A stretch of DNA of 52,828 bases from a virus (lineage: Duplodnaviria; Caudoviricetes). The translations under genes were made by a program, and so were the position numbers. The notes below the pieces were generated by a model. It made no database searches. It saw nothing but the letters and a program-made list of their open reading frames with translations, and was not told the origin of the DNA. Where the stretch lies: the IMG/VR virus record IMGVR_UViG_3300046718_001019, positions 1 through 52,828 of that record. One strand, 5' to 3'. Of the stretch, positions 52,247-52,828 are shown in pieces. The first letter of the stretch is position 1. The number at the start of each line of letters is the position of its first letter.

Positions 52247-52479
52247 CGGAGGGGAAGCAAAACATGCAGACGAGACGACAACTTGGAGCGACAAAGACTC
52301 GGCCCGACGACAGGGGCCCTGCTCAGCGAATGTCGGCAGGTCCAGACGTCTGGACTTTGCCCCGGCATCCAGCGAACGCGAACCGGCGGGTTTTCCTCGG
52401 GTTGGACAACCTCCCAGCGTCCAGAACGTCACAGCCGTTCAGTGAGGGTGCGAAAAATTCCGGTCCCCAGCCGGTCCAC
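52192..52479. other. Putative attP region with arm-type direct repeats
   Basis: GGTCCACAGCCGGTCCAC (52202-52219) and GGTCCCCAGCCGGTCCAC (52462-52479), each preceded by CGAAAAA; 16-bp palindrome at 52340-52355. Confidence 0.55.
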
Positions 52480-52528
52480 GAGCGCGTCCTGCTCGCCTTT
52501 CTCTCGCCGCTGACGAGGGGCTGACCCC

Positions 52529-52765
52529 ATGGCCAAGCACGAGGGGAAGAGCCCGCTCACGGCGCGGGAGCGGCGGATCTGGCGGGCAGGACTGCTCGCA
52601 GGTTCAGCACTGACCGCCAAGGCGCTCAACACCGCCATCGACCAGCACCTCGACCGCGTGCGCTTCCGCGGCGTCGAGGCCGAGCCGCCCGCGGACTTCA
52701 GCGACGAGCACCCGCTCGAGCGCCTCGAGGTGAGGCCGCAGCTGAAACGGAGGCGCACCGGATGA
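52529..52765 (+). CDS. Small hypothetical protein
   Basis: GAGGGG RBS; ATGA overlap with a further ORF that runs off the window. Confidence 0.55.
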   Translation: MAKHEGKSPLTARERRIWRAGLLAGSALTAKALNTAIDQHLDRVRFRGVEAEPPADFSDEHPLERLEVRPQLKRRRTG

Positions 52766-52828
52766 GCGGCTACCCGCGGTGGCTGCTGCTCGAGCTCGCC
52801 GTGGAAGCCGACTCTACCCCCCCCCCTA

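Larger units (their letters stand above)
1..52828. mobile_element. Temperate tailed phage (podovirus-like), near-complete genome
   Basis: Capsid, portal, scaffold, TerS/TerL, lysis, recombination, integrase and excisionase genes span the window; no housekeeping host genes recognised; no long helical tape-measure ORF. Confidence 0.93.

Noticed and set aside
52817-52826. Poly-C tract as a phase-variation site
   Set aside because: It lies at the window edge and cannot be told apart from an end artefact.

Overview
The whole window looks like one GC-rich temperate tailed-phage genome. No host genes are recognisable, and the P22/T7-like head and short-tail layout lacks a tape-measure gene. The host is probably a myxobacterium (inferred from Cys-rich DAG/DGG-type secreted proteins). 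Layout: origin-like CCGATCGG repeats, a VRR-NUC nuclease, a DNA methyltransferase and many small ATGA-coupled ORFs (1-6.6 kb); major capsid, tail and internal virion genes with a Nudix gene (6.7-24.8 kb); portal; an array of six Y-RNA-like ncRNAs followed by Ro60/TROVE (27.2-29.6 kb); scaffold, TerS, TerL and a lysis cassette with an M15 endolysin; tRNA-fMet; a leftward arm (Sak4-like recombination module, two ParB-like proteins, MazG, Mom, atypical tRNA-Leu, DUF932); a divergent control region; excisionase, tyrosine integrase and an apparently intact attP. The standout is the Ro60 locus. Six tandem RNAs share a co-varying bulged-C closing helix but carry different tRNA-derived parts (permuted T/acceptor/D domains or anticodon-like loops). 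Each has a sigma70-like promoter, and for units 2-6 the -35 box is the 3' strand of the preceding RNA's helix. All protein calls are from motifs and synteny read by eye; no database searches or folding programs were run.
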